Source: Candidatus Bathyarchaeota archaeon | Lineage (GTDB): Archaea > Thermoproteota > Bathyarchaeia > Bathyarchaeales > Bathycorpusculaceae | Reading direction: 5' to 3' | Assembly (NCBI GenBank): GCA_963702095.1 | Contig: OY969706.1 | Coordinates: 1,120,001 to 1,184,000 of the forward strand | DNA: 64,000 nucleotides | Shown here: piece after piece, positions 39,201-49,667 of the stretch | Numbering within the stretch: the first letter of the stretch is position 1 | How the letters are laid out: each line of letters starts with the position of its first letter | Notes under the pieces: generated by a model | The model's input: only the letters and a program-made list of their open reading frames with translations | What the model was told of the DNA's origin: nothing | The model's database searches: none | Position numbers and translations under genes: made by a program

Positions 39201-40294
39201 TCGTCGCTTTTCTTAATGGTTAACTTGCTCCTCAGTTCTTCTCGTAGAGGAAGCCCAATTTCTAGACCAAGAGCAACGATTAAAGTAATAATTAACTCAG
39301 TATAACTGCCTATGTTTGCAAGTTGAGCAAGAGCTAAACCAACTATTCCTATTGTAGTTAGAACCATCATAACTTTGAAATAAAGTGGTATATCATGGAC
39401 TTTTTCAGATATTGTTCCTAGCCGTGAAATAGTAATATCTCTTGCTTCCTCAAATGCAACAGTTGATGGGTCATCATGAAGTTCGTTTATTGGTATATCG
39501 GTAATTAGCACCGATTTATCTGCAACAAGTATTTTTCCCTTTATATTTTCCATTATTTCATCACGAATATCACTAGAAGAAGGAGATTTTTTAATTACAT
39601 AGAAGTCTTTGCGGTAAGCAATTGTTGCTATTACCGTTTGATTGGCTGAATTGGCTTCACCTATAGCGAGGATTAATGCGCTTTTAGTTTTTGTATCATA
39701 TCTTTTTGTTATCCAGACAGAGCCTTGTTTCCTTGGTTTTTCAAAGTGATGGGTAGCTAAAAACCCTTTACTAATAAGGGCGATTATTTCTGGTGGGGCT
39801 TTGTTTACTAGATACGATTTTTTATCGACCCCGTCAAAACTCAATCGCACGACCTCCCGTACAATCAACAATTGAACTAATCCAATCTCCAGTAATACAA
39901 AACCCCACGTAAAGATGGTCTGAGTTAAGTTCTGCCAAAGAGTTGAAAGTTCTATGCTGTTTGTTGGCAGAATATTTGTTGTTGACCACTTGTAAACAAG
40001 TAGCACAGTTAAAACAGCTATGGTTCCAGTTTGACCCCAGACTGGAGACACAATACGTTTGGGGTTCAATAGAAGCGATACGGTGATGTAGTAGAATATC
40101 GGAATCATCGCATAAGCTACAAGATATGGAATGTTTGAAATGAATACGGTTCCTTGCGAATCTGTAAAAAGATTGAATGGATAAATAAGTAGTGGGAACA
40201 ACGCTAAAACTTGAATTGAAATAATTATCAACGTTGCAACTAAGTAACCAGTGACTGAGTTCGATTTGTTGTATAGTTCCTCTGCTTGGGACAT
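39197..40294 (-). CDS. Hypothetical multi-pass membrane protein (AT-rich)
   Basis: 4 N-terminal TM, soluble middle domain, 2 C-terminal TM. Confidence 0.75.
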   Translation of the reverse strand: MSQAEELYNKSNSVTGYLVATLIIISIQVLALFPLLIYPFNLFTDSQGTVFISNIPYLVAYAMIPIFYYITVSLLLNPKRIVSPVWGQTGTIAVLTVLLVYKWSTTNILPTNSIELSTLWQNLTQTIFTWGFVLLEIGLVQLLIVREVVRLSFDGVDKKSYLVNKAPPEIIALISKGFLATHHFEKPRKQGSVWITKRYDTKTKSALILAIGEANSANQTVIATIAYRKDFYVIKKSPSSSDIRDEIMENIKGKILVADKSVLITDIPINELHDDPSTVAFEEARDITISRLGTISEKVHDIPLYFKVMMVLTTIGIVGLALAQLANIGSYTELIITLIVALGLEIGLPLREELRSKLTIKKSDE

Positions 40295-40387
40295 TAAATA
40301 AACTTCTATTGTTTTGGTATTTAGATTTTGCCAAACCCATATGCTTTAAAACCGATTCAAGTAACAGCCAGCTCCGCAATCTCTTTT

Positions 40388-40629
40388 CAGAACTGTTCAA
40401 TCCAGCCCGACAGAACTCAAAAAGCCAACCCCAGAGACCCAAGAGAAAAGCCACTAGACGGATTTTCACATGAATGCCTGAACTGACGGAGACTTCAGAG
40501 AACCCCTTTGAGGGTTTTTTGAACTCTTCGTCAGTTGGGGGGTTCATGTGAAAATCCGTCTAGTGGGTTTTCTGTTGAAGCTCTGGGGCTGGTTTTCTTA
40601 TTTATGCGGGGCAAAGCGGAACAATTCTG
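40388..40629. repeat. 242 bp ungapped imperfect inverted repeat (element C)
   Basis: 24 bp perfect arms 40451-40474 / 40543-40566; all paired blocks share the same centre; 6 nt loop CTTTGA. Confidence 0.9.
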
Positions 40630-40684
40630 AACATAGAGCATTTTCGGCAAAGCTCAAATACTATGACCTAACAACCACAAGGAT

Positions 40685-41827
40685 ATGCCTAAAAAAACTG
40701 GAAACATTTTGCCCTTCCTATTGGGTGGAGGCTTTGTCTTGAGTTCTTTTCTCGGTGGATTCTTCAGTTCAATGGGTGAGAGTGTATGGACTGCCATATC
40801 TCAAGGTCATTACAATTTGGATATATCACAAATTGTTTCTTTAGCCTTTGGATTTCTAGGTGTCTTTCTTCTATGTTATGGTATATACCTAAAACTAAAA
40901 GATTTCACGACAACCGATGGTTCGACTTTTCCACAATCATTTTACAAATTGAGATTTCACTTCAAAAAAGAGGCTAGACTAAATATCGGTACTGTCGGCG
41001 CTATCTGCCTATTAATGGGTACTGTTATGATAGTTATGTTTCTGAGTTTTCCTCCACCCCCCGCAACAACTCCCATGTTGATGTACAATGTGATTCTGTC
41101 AACCGCTATCATTAGTGGTATAGCAATCATTGCTCTGGGCGGGGTTTTCTTTTCAAATGTATTACTGGATATAAAACAAGTGAGAGATAACGAAATAAGA
41201 AATCAAAAAGACACTTATACCAAGCTCGTAAAGGATTTTTGCAACGTCCGAGATAATATGCAAAGAGTTTCTAGCGACAGCTTAAGAGCGAAATTATCTT
41301 GTGAATTAGATGCTAAACTTCTCGCTTTGCTTAAAGGCTATAAATGGGTTAAGATAGAAAACGAAGTAATGTCGATACTTAACGATGTTATTCCAGACAG
41401 AATTACTATTGAAAATCATGTAATGAACATTAGCTACCTGTCAGCGATAGTTCAGTATCAAAGAGTTAACACTATTCAAAAAATTGGTAAAAATTGGGGC
41501 AAAGACTTGGAAAAACTATACGATGATCAAAAATGTAATACTGAAACCTTAAAGGAAGTTGTATATTTGCTCCAAGAAATAAATGGCTATAGCTCAGAGT
41601 ATATGATGCGTCTAATCGAAGATATGACTTCCCACGCTAGCAAATTGAAGTTTTCGCTTGTTTCAAGTAATATCAATTTTACGAAAGTTAAAGCCAGAAG
41701 TGAGGATGATTATTACAAATTGCTTAATTTCATCGTTCTTAAAATGGACTCAGCCCAAAGAAATAATGAAAACGAAGAAATACTTGAACGGTTAAGAATC
41801 TTGTATGCCACCGCTAAAAAAGCATAA
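40685..41827 (+). CDS. Hypothetical membrane protein with helical C-terminal domain (AT-rich)
   Basis: 4 TM segments then helical soluble region. Confidence 0.75.
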   Translation: MPKKTGNILPFLLGGGFVLSSFLGGFFSSMGESVWTAISQGHYNLDISQIVSLAFGFLGVFLLCYGIYLKLKDFTTTDGSTFPQSFYKLRFHFKKEARLNIGTVGAICLLMGTVMIVMFLSFPPPPATTPMLMYNVILSTAIISGIAIIALGGVFFSNVLLDIKQVRDNEIRNQKDTYTKLVKDFCNVRDNMQRVSSDSLRAKLSCELDAKLLALLKGYKWVKIENEVMSILNDVIPDRITIENHVMNISYLSAIVQYQRVNTIQKIGKNWGKDLEKLYDDQKCNTETLKEVVYLLQEINGYSSEYMMRLIEDMTSHASKLKFSLVSSNINFTKVKARSEDDYYKLLNFIVLKMDSAQRNNENEEILERLRILYATAKKA

Positions 41828-42940
41828 GTTAAGTTTTTTCTTGCTAGCATTTTGTATTAGTGTTATCCATTTGTTATCGCCCTCAACTTTGATACCACAC
41901 GCTTCGGCGGGGGTTTTACCATCCAGCGCCATGTGAGGACGTACAAAATTATAGTATGTCTGGAAGCCCTCAAGGATTGGGGTTCTACGCTTCTTTAATC
42001 CCCTCATTGTCTTTTCTCTATCTCGAATAGTTCCATTTAGGCGTTCCATCTTGTTATTGTTGTGTACTTTACCGTTTAAGGTTATTTTGCGGATGTGTTT
42101 TGTTTCGGGGAAGGCTTGTTCACATGCTACAGCGTAAGAGGGTAATCCGTCAGTGATGAGGACTTTTGGGTCTTTTCCCATGACTCTTTTAGCTCTAAAG
42201 AATAAGGCTCTTGCATCGTGTTTTTCTTTGGTTTCGGCTACTTCTTGAGCTATCCAGAAACGGGTTTCTGTGTCCATCATAGCGAAGAGGTACTTTAGGT
42301 TTCCAGCCATGCGGATGTAAACTTCATCAGCGCAAACCGTGTCAGAAACGTTTGGTCTGATTTTGTCAGTGTAGTTTTTCATTAGGCGAGTGTATTTCTT
42401 TATCCAGTTTAGGATTGTTCGGTAAGAGACTTTTACGCCCATTAATTCGAGGGCTCTCATTGTGTTGCGTAGGCTTTCCCCACCGAAATAAAGCTCTAAG
42501 CTGGTTACTACTGCTTGGGGATTATGCTTCATTTTCTCAAAGCCTATGTTGTATGTGAAGTATTTGTGGCAGTCTCGGCAGAGGTATTTTTGGATGTTGC
42601 CTGATTTGTTTTTGCGTAATCCAGCTTTCATTAGGTTCGGTGAACCACAGTAGATGCAAGCGGTTAGGGTTCCGAGTGGTTCTATTCTTTGGATTGCTAC
42701 TTCGGCGCGTACTCGCTGAGAGAAGATTACGGCGTGGATGTGTTTGCATGTGGTGTGTCGGTAAGTGTTATCTGGACAATCGCAAACCCATTCTTGATCT
42801 ATTTTATTGACTGCGTATTCGCCGTGTCCTGACTGTGATTTTACAAGGTAAAGCATTTCGTCTATTCTGTTGATTTGTCCGCTAGCCGTTGCGATTGCTT
42901 GACCGCGTACTTCTCTGGTTGTTAGCTGTGTGCTCGACAT
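41792..42940 (-). mobile_element. IS6-like DDE transposase with SWIM and zinc-ribbon N-terminal domains
   Basis: CDCPD...CKHIHAV (SWIM), CIYCGS..K.G..QKYLCRDC, ADEVYI, ITDGL.SY, NNKMERLNGT. Confidence 0.9.
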
Positions 42941-42946
42941 TTCAGT

Positions 42947-42968
42947 CACCTATTGATTTCAATAGGTG
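42947..42968. promoter_or_regulatory. Perfect palindrome overlapping the transposase RBS
   Basis: CACCTATTGA-TT-TCAATAGGTG; related half-site TCAATAGATG near 43005. Confidence 0.65.
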
Positions 42969-43030
42969 TAACGCAGCGCAAACTTATAAATATACCTATA
43001 AACATCAATAGATGTCATTAAGTGATTGAT

Positions 43031-43183
43031 ATGATGAAAAGATACACCTTAGCCATAACTGAAGAGATGGAAAAAAGATTAGACGAGGAACGAAAAAAGC
43101 GCCTCTTAGACTCAATCCCCGAAACCGTAAGAATGATACTAAGCGACTATTTAGCTAACCAAAAAACTAATCAAACCAATTAA
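43031..43183 (+). CDS. Small ribbon-helix-helix-like protein divergent from the transposase (not in ORF track)
   Basis: MMKRYTLAITEEMEKRLDEERKKRLLDSIPETVRMILSDYL; GTGAT RBS and TTATAAA box. Confidence 0.75.
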   Translation: MMKRYTLAITEEMEKRLDEERKKRLLDSIPETVRMILSDYLANQKTNQTN

Positions 43184-43205
43184 GAATAAAGCTTGAAAGG
43201 TAAAA

Positions 43206-43727
43206 ATGACTAAAAAGAGCCTTGCTAGTAAAATATTCAAAATCACTTGTGAAGTAGCAAAGGCTGTTGGAAAAGCTTTGTGGATATTTTCCAAATATCT
43301 CGTTAAATATTTTATTATTGCTTGTCGTTATCCACTTTTTACCGTTCCGTTGTTAGGTGCTTTATCAGGTTATTTCTTATATGTATTTCATGGAACAGAT
43401 TATGCGACCTTCTTTATGGTAACTATTATCGCATGGTTAGCCTCAGATATTTTAACCCCCTTCATACTTCGTGGTGGAAATGGAATTTTCCAATTTAGAC
43501 TTGCTGGTACGCATACAATGCCAGAAGGATATGGATTTCTAACTTTTTTTGGCGTCATTTTATTGATAACATTAGTAATAAACGTCTTATCAGACAAGAC
43601 TACTCAGATGCTATCTGATTATCTCGGTAATCCTCTAATTGCCTTTTCGATAGGTTGCCTTCTTTCGCTGTTTGTCTTCTTAGACTTAGTGGCGAAATTC
43701 TATAAACACGAAAAACAGCAAAAATAA
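43206..43727 (+). CDS. Hypothetical membrane protein
   Basis: 4-5 TM segments, AT-rich. Confidence 0.7.
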   Translation: MTKKSLASKIFKITCEVAKAVGKALWIFSKYLVKYFIIACRYPLFTVPLLGALSGYFLYVFHGTDYATFFMVTIIAWLASDILTPFILRGGNGIFQFRLAGTHTMPEGYGFLTFFGVILLITLVINVLSDKTTQMLSDYLGNPLIAFSIGCLLSLFVFLDLVAKFYKHEKQQK

Positions 43728-43872
43728 AAAATGCTGAAAGGAAAACGAATGTTAAAGGATTTAGTAAATCTAATTCGCTTAGAATAACCCATGAAAAAAA
43801 GAACGCTAATGTTAATACAATTGAGCGGTAAAAGCGCTTTCCAAATTCGTCAATTCCTTTTTCGGCAGTCAT
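43600..43872 (-). CDS. Small two-TM hypothetical protein
   Basis: MTAEKGIDEFGKRFYRSIVLTLAFFFSW...; 3' end overlaps the convergent gene. Confidence 0.4.
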   Translation of the reverse strand: MTAEKGIDEFGKRFYRSIVLTLAFFFSWVILSELDLLNPLTFVFLSAFFIFAVFRVYRISPLSLRRQTAKEGNLSKRQLEDYRDNQIASE

Positions 43873-43890
43873 ATTATCAATAGAAAGTGA

Positions 43891-43960
43891 ACTAGACGAT
43901 TTTTCACAGAGAAATCCCCTAGACGCAGACTTCACAGAACCCCTTTGAGGGTTATTTAAA
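43891..43960 (+). repeat. Half copy of element C
   Basis: ACTAGACGATTTTTCACA...GACTTCACAGAACCCCTTTGAGGGTT matches 40453-40523. Confidence 0.8.
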
Positions 43961-44097
43961 GGGGTTAAAGGTAGGTGGCAGCCCTTTGCGTAATGTTTGG
44001 CTGTCGTTAAATGACTTGTTTGTTGTGTTTTTGTTTGTGGGGTTTCTTTTTTGGTGGGGGTGGCTGGTGGATTGTTGCTGCTGCTTTTTTGGTCTGT

Positions 44098-44225
44098 TTG
44101 TAGAATCTGCCACAACCCGTCAGCAACTTGGAGCAGATGCAGACGCCAAAACAGAGCCGCCTGCAGAACCCGTTGGTTGTTGTTGTGTATAGGGGGTTCT
44201 CAGCAACAACACCTATAGAAAAATA
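44098..44225 (+). repeat. Repeat family A, divergent copy 4
   Basis: TTGTAGAATCTGCCACAACC...GCAGACGCCAAAACAGAGCCGCCTGCA...TAGAAAAA. Confidence 0.6.
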
Positions 44226-44302
44226 GAAGAAAGCAAATTTTTGGTTTCGAGCCGCTTAAATATTCAACTCTGCATTCACATATTGCACTGGAGTACCATG
44301 CG

Positions 44303-44993
44303 TTGACTGAGAAGCAGCAGTGGCAACACCTCTACATGCTCCTAAAACTCGCTGAAATGGGCGCATACAAGCGCACGGCAAAGATTTCAACAGAGTATTT
44401 AGCGAAAAAACTGAGATATCAGCCAGCAGACTGCTTCGCGTTACCTCATCGAATTGGAGCATAGGGGCTGGATTCAACGCAACATCACCCCTGAAGGCAG
44501 CCTCATAAAAATCGAGGAACAAGGTGTAGCGCAGCTGCAAAAACTCTACAGCAGCCTCAAGTTGCTGATGGAGAAAACTTATCCGCCCTCAGTCACCTTA
44601 GAAGGCACCGTTTTCACAGGGTTAGGCGAAGGCGCATATTACATCAACAAACCCGACTACAAAAAACAAATCGTCGACAAACTCGGCTTCGAACCCTACC
44701 CCGGCACCCTAAACATAAAATTAACCACAGACTACGATATTAAAACCCGCCAAGAACTCGAAGCCTACCCCGCTGTCGAAGTCACAGGTTTTCAAGGTGA
44801 CGACCGCAGCTTCGGCTTGGTAAAATGTTACCCCGCGGTTATCGGCGGCAAAGTCAAAGGTGCCTTGGTGACGGCACTGCGCAGCCACTACGATGCTTCC
44901 GTGCTTGAAATAATCGCGCCTGTTTGCCTTCGAAAACACCTAAACCTCAAAGACGGCGGCAAAGTAAAAGTGGAAATTTCCGCTGTATCCTAA
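44303..44993 (+). CDS. ribK: CTP-dependent riboflavin kinase with N-terminal wHTH (frameshift near 44414)
   Basis: LLKLAEMGA..ISTEYLAKKL / ISQQTASRYL; GLGEGAYY, PYPGTLN, LEIIAP..LR. Confidence 0.9.
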
Positions 44994-45598
44994 AACGGAG
45001 TTGTTCTGTAGCGGAACTGTTTTTTTGTGTCTTCTTGGTTTGGCTTGCGTTTGGAAGCTAATACGTAGCCGACAACTAAGCCGAATGCTAAGCCGCCTAA
45101 GTGAGCAACGATGTTTACACCTTCCCCGGTGTTAATGAAGAACAGGAAAAACGCGAACACTAAAGCACCTAGTATGGATTGCCGCATTGCACGTCGGTCA
45201 TAGATTACGCATGCGCCGAAGAGGGCAAAGATGGCGCCTGAAGCCCCCACTGAAACGAAGATGGGACCAAAGCCCAGTGAGAGCAGGTTGCCGATTAAGC
45301 CGCCGACGAGGTAGATGGTGAGGTATTCGGGGAGCGAGAACATTTCTTCTGCGCGTAACCCGAAGATGAGCAGGAACAGCATGTTGCCGGCGAGGTGGAA
45401 TATTGAGGCGTGGATGAATATGGATGTGATGAGTTGCCAATATGCGCCTTGGAACACAAAGGCGTTAACTTGCCCCCAATTGTAAATCACGTAATCGCCG
45501 GTGTTTAACGCGCTGCCAGTGACTATGGCGCCTACAATGTAGATAGCCACGTTTATGGCGATTAAGATGTAGGTGGGCTTGTATTTCTCGCAGTTCAT
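44990..45598 (-). CDS. Rhomboid intramembrane serine protease
   Basis: HLAGNM, VGASGAIF, AHLGG. Confidence 0.93.
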   Translation of the reverse strand: MNCEKYKPTYILIAINVAIYIVGAIVTGSALNTGDYVIYNWGQVNAFVFQGAYWQLITSIFIHASIFHLAGNMLFLLIFGLRAEEMFSLPEYLTIYLVGGLIGNLLSLGFGPIFVSVGASGAIFALFGACVIYDRRAMRQSILGALVFAFFLFFINTGEGVNIVAHLGGLAFGLVVGYVLASKRKPNQEDTKKQFRYRTTPF

Positions 45599-45613
45599 TA
45601 AGGTACACGACGG

Positions 45614-46076
45614 TTACTTGGAGAGTTTGTCGATTATTTTCTGTTTAATCTTTGTTGAGCTATCTAAAGTATTCTCCCCAAACTTGCCGATTCGCACGAT
45701 TGTGATAGGCAGTTTATGCGTTGCCAAATAATCTTTAACTTCGCACTCCATCCCAGCTTGGTCGTATCCCAACGCGATGATGTCCGGCTTAATTTTTTCT
45801 ATGACCTCGCCGATTTCTAAGCCTTCAAACCCCACAACCGCTTCATCCACCACTCTTAGCGATTGCACAAGCGCTTGGCGCTGGTCCTCGGACATGATGG
45901 GTTTTCTGCCCTTCATCTTCTCTACAGTGCTGTCTTTGGCTATGACGACGATTAGTTTGGCTTTGTTTCCGCCTGCTTTTTTTGCTTCCTCGAGGAACCT
46001 TACGTGGCCGTAGATGCAGCAGGTCAAAGACGCCTGAAGCTAAGACTACTTTTGGTTTTCCTGTTTGCTTGGCCAT
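45614..46076 (-). CDS. ribL: FAD synthetase (frameshift near 46010)
   Basis: VVLASGVFDLLH / GHVRFLEEAK, KPDIIALGYDQ, SSTKIK. Confidence 0.88.
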
Positions 46077-46327
46077 ACAAAGTTCACTGCACCCATTAAC
46101 CTTAACCCGTCCAGTAGCCCTTCACAGTAAGCCACTGAGGTTAAGCTGGTTTCAAGCTTGCCCTGAGCCTTATAATACTTTGCATCTTCAAGGTAATCGC
46201 CAGCCCAACGCAGCACCTCAGCCACCTTTGCCTCATCCACGCTCAGCGGGGTGGGGTTGCGTTTGAGTTCAGAGAACACTTTTTCTGCTGAAGCAAGGTA
46301 TTTGGCGGCAAGGGCTTCTAAACTCAT
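46046..46327 (-). CDS. DUF357 family protein
   Basis: YLEDAKYY, SVAYCEGLLDGLR; adjacent to dph5. Confidence 0.85.
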   Translation of the reverse strand: MSLEALAAKYLASAEKVFSELKRNPTPLSVDEAKVAEVLRWAGDYLEDAKYYKAQGKLETSLTSVAYCEGLLDGLRLMGAVNFVWPSKQENQK

Positions 46328-47127
46328 TTTATAAGTCTCCCAAATTCGGCTGGGGCACCAGCAAGGGCTATTAAAGCGTCTACTTCCATGAAATGCAAGT
46401 CTCCGGGGATTATGAGGCTAAACGGAGGCTCACCGAAATCGTAGCCTGCCAAATCTTTAAGGTAATCTGCTTTTATGGTGGGGGTGTCGCTGCCTGCTCT
46501 TGCGATGCCGACCCCGACAGTTTCAAGTGTAATTATGCCCTGCTGTTTTTTTTCCTCAACTATTAGCAGCAGCTTGATGGCTTCTTTTATGGAGAGATAC
46601 TTGTTTTCTGCTGCCCGCAAATCCAAAAGGCAAAGCGTATGCAGCCCTAACTTCTTGTTCTGTGCGATGACGTTGTAGGGTGTCTCAGAAAAGTTGTCGG
46701 CGAAGGGTACTGTGACGGTTTTTCCGAACTTGTAGTTGTGCAAACCTGAGAGGCTAACGATGGCTGACATAATTGAAATGCCATGCACTACACGGGTTTT
46801 TATGCCCTTCTTCTCTGCGTCGATGCGCAGGGTGATGTGGGTTGTGGCGATGAAGGGGTCGCCTGGAACCAGAAACACGGCTTTTCCCACTTTGGCGGCT
46901 GCAAGTAGGATTTTGCCACTGTCCTCTTCGAGGTCGCTGCGTTGGATAAGTTGGATTTTTCTGCCGCACATCTCCTCGAAATGTGGCATGTTGAAGTCGG
47001 GCATGCGGCTGGTGTAGGTTTCCATGAAAACGGCGTCGGCGCTGCGGGTTTCTTCTAAGCCTTTGACTGTTATGCCTTTTTCGTCGTTTAGTCCTAAGCC
47101 TACAAACACCAGTTCCAATTTGACCAC
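46324..47127 (-). CDS. dph5: Diphthine synthase
   Basis: FVGLGL, ETYTS, GDPFIATTH, GLHNYKFGKT, HTLCLLD. Confidence 0.95.
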   Translation of the reverse strand: MVKLELVFVGLGLNDEKGITVKGLEETRSADAVFMETYTSRMPDFNMPHFEEMCGRKIQLIQRSDLEEDSGKILLAAAKVGKAVFLVPGDPFIATTHITLRIDAEKKGIKTRVVHGISIMSAIVSLSGLHNYKFGKTVTVPFADNFSETPYNVIAQNKKLGLHTLCLLDLRAAENKYLSIKEAIKLLLIVEEKKQQGIITLETVGVGIARAGSDTPTIKADYLKDLAGYDFGEPPFSLIIPGDLHFMEVDALIALAGAPAEFGRLIK

Positions 47128-47136
47128 TGCACCCTG

Positions 47137-47325
47137 TTATTCTTGTTTTATTTTTCCCTGTGCTACCAGTTCATTGTAGAGGCTGCGGCAATCCTCCATA
47201 GTTAGGCTGTAGCGTTGACAGAAGATGGTGAGGACTTCTTCGGCTGGTTCCCCTTTTTTTCTGTCCCGAATCATCTCGTGGAGGGCTTCAAGTGAATGTT
47301 GTTTATCGACCAGCTTTTTACTCAT
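47137..47325 (-). CDS. Small hypothetical protein
   Basis: 62 aa helical ORF in the operon upstream of dph5. Confidence 0.6.
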   Translation of the reverse strand: MSKKLVDKQHSLEALHEMIRDRKKGEPAEEVLTIFCQRYSLTMEDCRSLYNELVAQGKIKQE

Positions 47326-47480
47326 GTTTCTTCCAACCCTTACTTATGTAGTATCATGTTTGTGCTTGTTCAAAAAGGCTTTTGCATAAGATACTGTTCG
47401 GATGGAACATCCGACCAAACCTTTATATGAATTACATTGAAAGGAAACCTTGGAATTCAGCGGCACAGGAATCGTATACC

Positions 47481-48614
47481 ATGAAGCCCATCGAAAATCT
47501 AGTCAAGGACAACGTTAAAAATCTTAAGCCATGCGTACATGGCGCAGAGGTTTATGGTGCCTCCCAAGAAAGCGGGTTCCAGATAAGAGACATCCTCGAT
47601 TTCAGTTCAAGCGTAAACCCGCTTGGTCCCTCCAAAAAAGCCCTTGCCGCGACAGAAGCCGCATTCCGTTACATCCCAGCTTACCCCGACTCCAACTCCA
47701 CTCAGCTCAGAGAGGTTATTGCAAACCACTACAGCGGCGTAACCAAAGACAACATCGTCGTCGGCAACGGCTCAACTGAACTCATGTACCTCTTTGCCGA
47801 GGCATTTCTCAAACGCGGCGAAAAAGCGTTGATGCCCGCGCCCACCTTCGGCGAATATGAAAGCGCTGTTCGCAAAACTGGGGAATCCGTCAAATTCGTC
47901 CGCTTAGGCAGCAGTTTCCAAGTTGAAGCTGAAGCTTTCAAGTCGGCGATGGCTGGGTGCAAACTGCTTTTCCTCTGCAACCCCAACAGTCCCACAAGCA
48001 AACTCATCCCCCAAACCACCTTAACCGAACTCCTTGAAACCGCTTTGGCACAGGACATCTTGGTTTTCCTCGACGAAGACTTCCTCGAATTCGTAGACGA
48101 CGAAAAAACCCTCTCCATGATACCTAAAATCGGCAAGTACCCCAACCTGTTTGTGCTGCGTTCCTTCACCAAAATCTTCGGCTTAACCGGGCTGCGCGTT
48201 GGCTACGGCATAACCAGCAAAGACATCGCAGACGTGCTCTTGTGTGCCAAGATTCCTTGGAACGTGAATTGTTTGGCGCAGGCAGCTGCTGTTGCAGCCG
48301 TTGAAGACCAAGAGCACCTGCAGGTAACGTGGGAACTGATCAAAAAAGAGAAAGCGTGGCTCCAGCAAGAGTTGGGCGCCATCAAAAGCTTCAGTTTTAG
48401 CCCGCCAGACGCCAACTTTTTTTTCATAGACATACGTGAAACAGGCTTAACCGCCAACGCGCTCAAACATCGGATGCTCAAACAGGGCATTTTGATCCGT
48501 GACTGCAGTTCGTTTGTGGGACTAAACGAATTTTACATCCGCGTGGCAGTGAAAACCCACGAGGAAAACCAGTGTTTAATCGAGGCGTTTAAGCAGTCGC
48601 TAAAGACGGTTTGA
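47481..48614 (+). CDS. cobD: Threonine-phosphate decarboxylase (HisC-like PLP enzyme)
   Basis: LDFSSSVNPLG, GNGSTE, CNPNSPT, RSFTKIFGLTGLRVGY; next to cbiB. Confidence 0.8.
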   Translation: MKPIENLVKDNVKNLKPCVHGAEVYGASQESGFQIRDILDFSSSVNPLGPSKKALAATEAAFRYIPAYPDSNSTQLREVIANHYSGVTKDNIVVGNGSTELMYLFAEAFLKRGEKALMPAPTFGEYESAVRKTGESVKFVRLGSSFQVEAEAFKSAMAGCKLLFLCNPNSPTSKLIPQTTLTELLETALAQDILVFLDEDFLEFVDDEKTLSMIPKIGKYPNLFVLRSFTKIFGLTGLRVGYGITSKDIADVLLCAKIPWNVNCLAQAAAVAAVEDQEHLQVTWELIKKEKAWLQQELGAIKSFSFSPPDANFFFIDIRETGLTANALKHRMLKQGILIRDCSSFVGLNEFYIRVAVKTHEENQCLIEAFKQSLKTV

Positions 48615-48615
48615 T

Positions 48616-49602
48616 GTGGGCATGTTTGCGTTTGCTGTCTCCTGGTTTGTTGATTCCGCGCTTATCTTTACATTAGCTTTCCTCATCGACCTCGCGTTCG
48701 GCGAATACCCTGACCGCGTCCACCCAACCATCGGCATCGGCAAACTCATCCTTATCCTAAAAAAGAAAGCCAAACACCCAAACCCCACAGTCGAGAAAGC
48801 CAACGGCGTCTTGATGGCGCTATCTATCATGCTGATTGCGGCACTTCCCGTCTTCGCCTTGCTCTACTGGCTAAGAACCCTGCCGTTCCCATACGGCGAA
48901 GTACTCTACATCGTTGTCGGCGCAATCCTGTTTAAAGCCACCTTCGCCATCTCTGGCATGGGGCAATACACCAAACCCATCGCGGCAGCCCTGAAAAACC
49001 GTGATTTGGATGGCGCACGCAAATGGCTGCCCTACATCGTCCGCCGAGACCCAAAAAGCCTCGACGAACGCCAAATTATATCTGCCGCAGTCGAATCCAT
49101 CGCGGAGTCCACCACCGACGGCATCACTGCACCTTTCTTTTTTTTCGCCATCTTTGGCGTGCCCGGTGCTTTCGCTTACCGAGTCATCAACACGCTCGAT
49201 TCCATGGTGGGCTACAAGAACGCTGAGTTCCGAAACATCGGCTGGTTTAGCGCTAAAATGGACACCATAACCAACTACCTCCCCGCAAGAATCACGGCTT
49301 ACTTGATGGTGGCGGCGGCGATGCTTTTGGGAGAGGATTGGCGGGAGTCATGGCGCATATTGCAGCGTGATAAGCACAAAACCGCCAGCCCCAACGCAGG
49401 CTTCACCATCTCCGCCATGGCTGGAGCACTAAACATTCAGCTTGAAAAGCAGGATTACTACAAACTCGGCGACGACAAAGGACATATTTCGCATGAGGAC
49501 ATTGGCAAGGCGTTGCGGGTGATGACGTTGACCTCAGCGTTGTTTGGGATAGTGGTGGTTCTGCCTATCTTGGCGTTGCGCGTTTACGTCGTAGGTTTCT
49601 AG
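48616..49602 (+). CDS. cbiB: Adenosylcobinamide-phosphate synthase
   Basis: GEYP..HP, AVESIAESTTDG, NTLDSMVGYKN, SPNAG. Confidence 0.93.
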   Translation: MGMFAFAVSWFVDSALIFTLAFLIDLAFGEYPDRVHPTIGIGKLILILKKKAKHPNPTVEKANGVLMALSIMLIAALPVFALLYWLRTLPFPYGEVLYIVVGAILFKATFAISGMGQYTKPIAAALKNRDLDGARKWLPYIVRRDPKSLDERQIISAAVESIAESTTDGITAPFFFFAIFGVPGAFAYRVINTLDSMVGYKNAEFRNIGWFSAKMDTITNYLPARITAYLMVAAAMLLGEDWRESWRILQRDKHKTASPNAGFTISAMAGALNIQLEKQDYYKLGDDKGHISHEDIGKALRVMTLTSALFGIVVVLPILALRVYVVGF

Positions 49603-49667
49603 TTGCTCTTCCCGTCTCTGTTTCGTCCTTAGCAGTAGATCAACGTTGGGCGTGGCCGGGGTTTCTG

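Noticed and set aside
39834-40742. ORFs 39834..40547 and 40548..40742 sharing KIRLV.FLL.LWGW
   Set aside because: The similarity is a by-product of the inverted repeat, and both overlap better genes.
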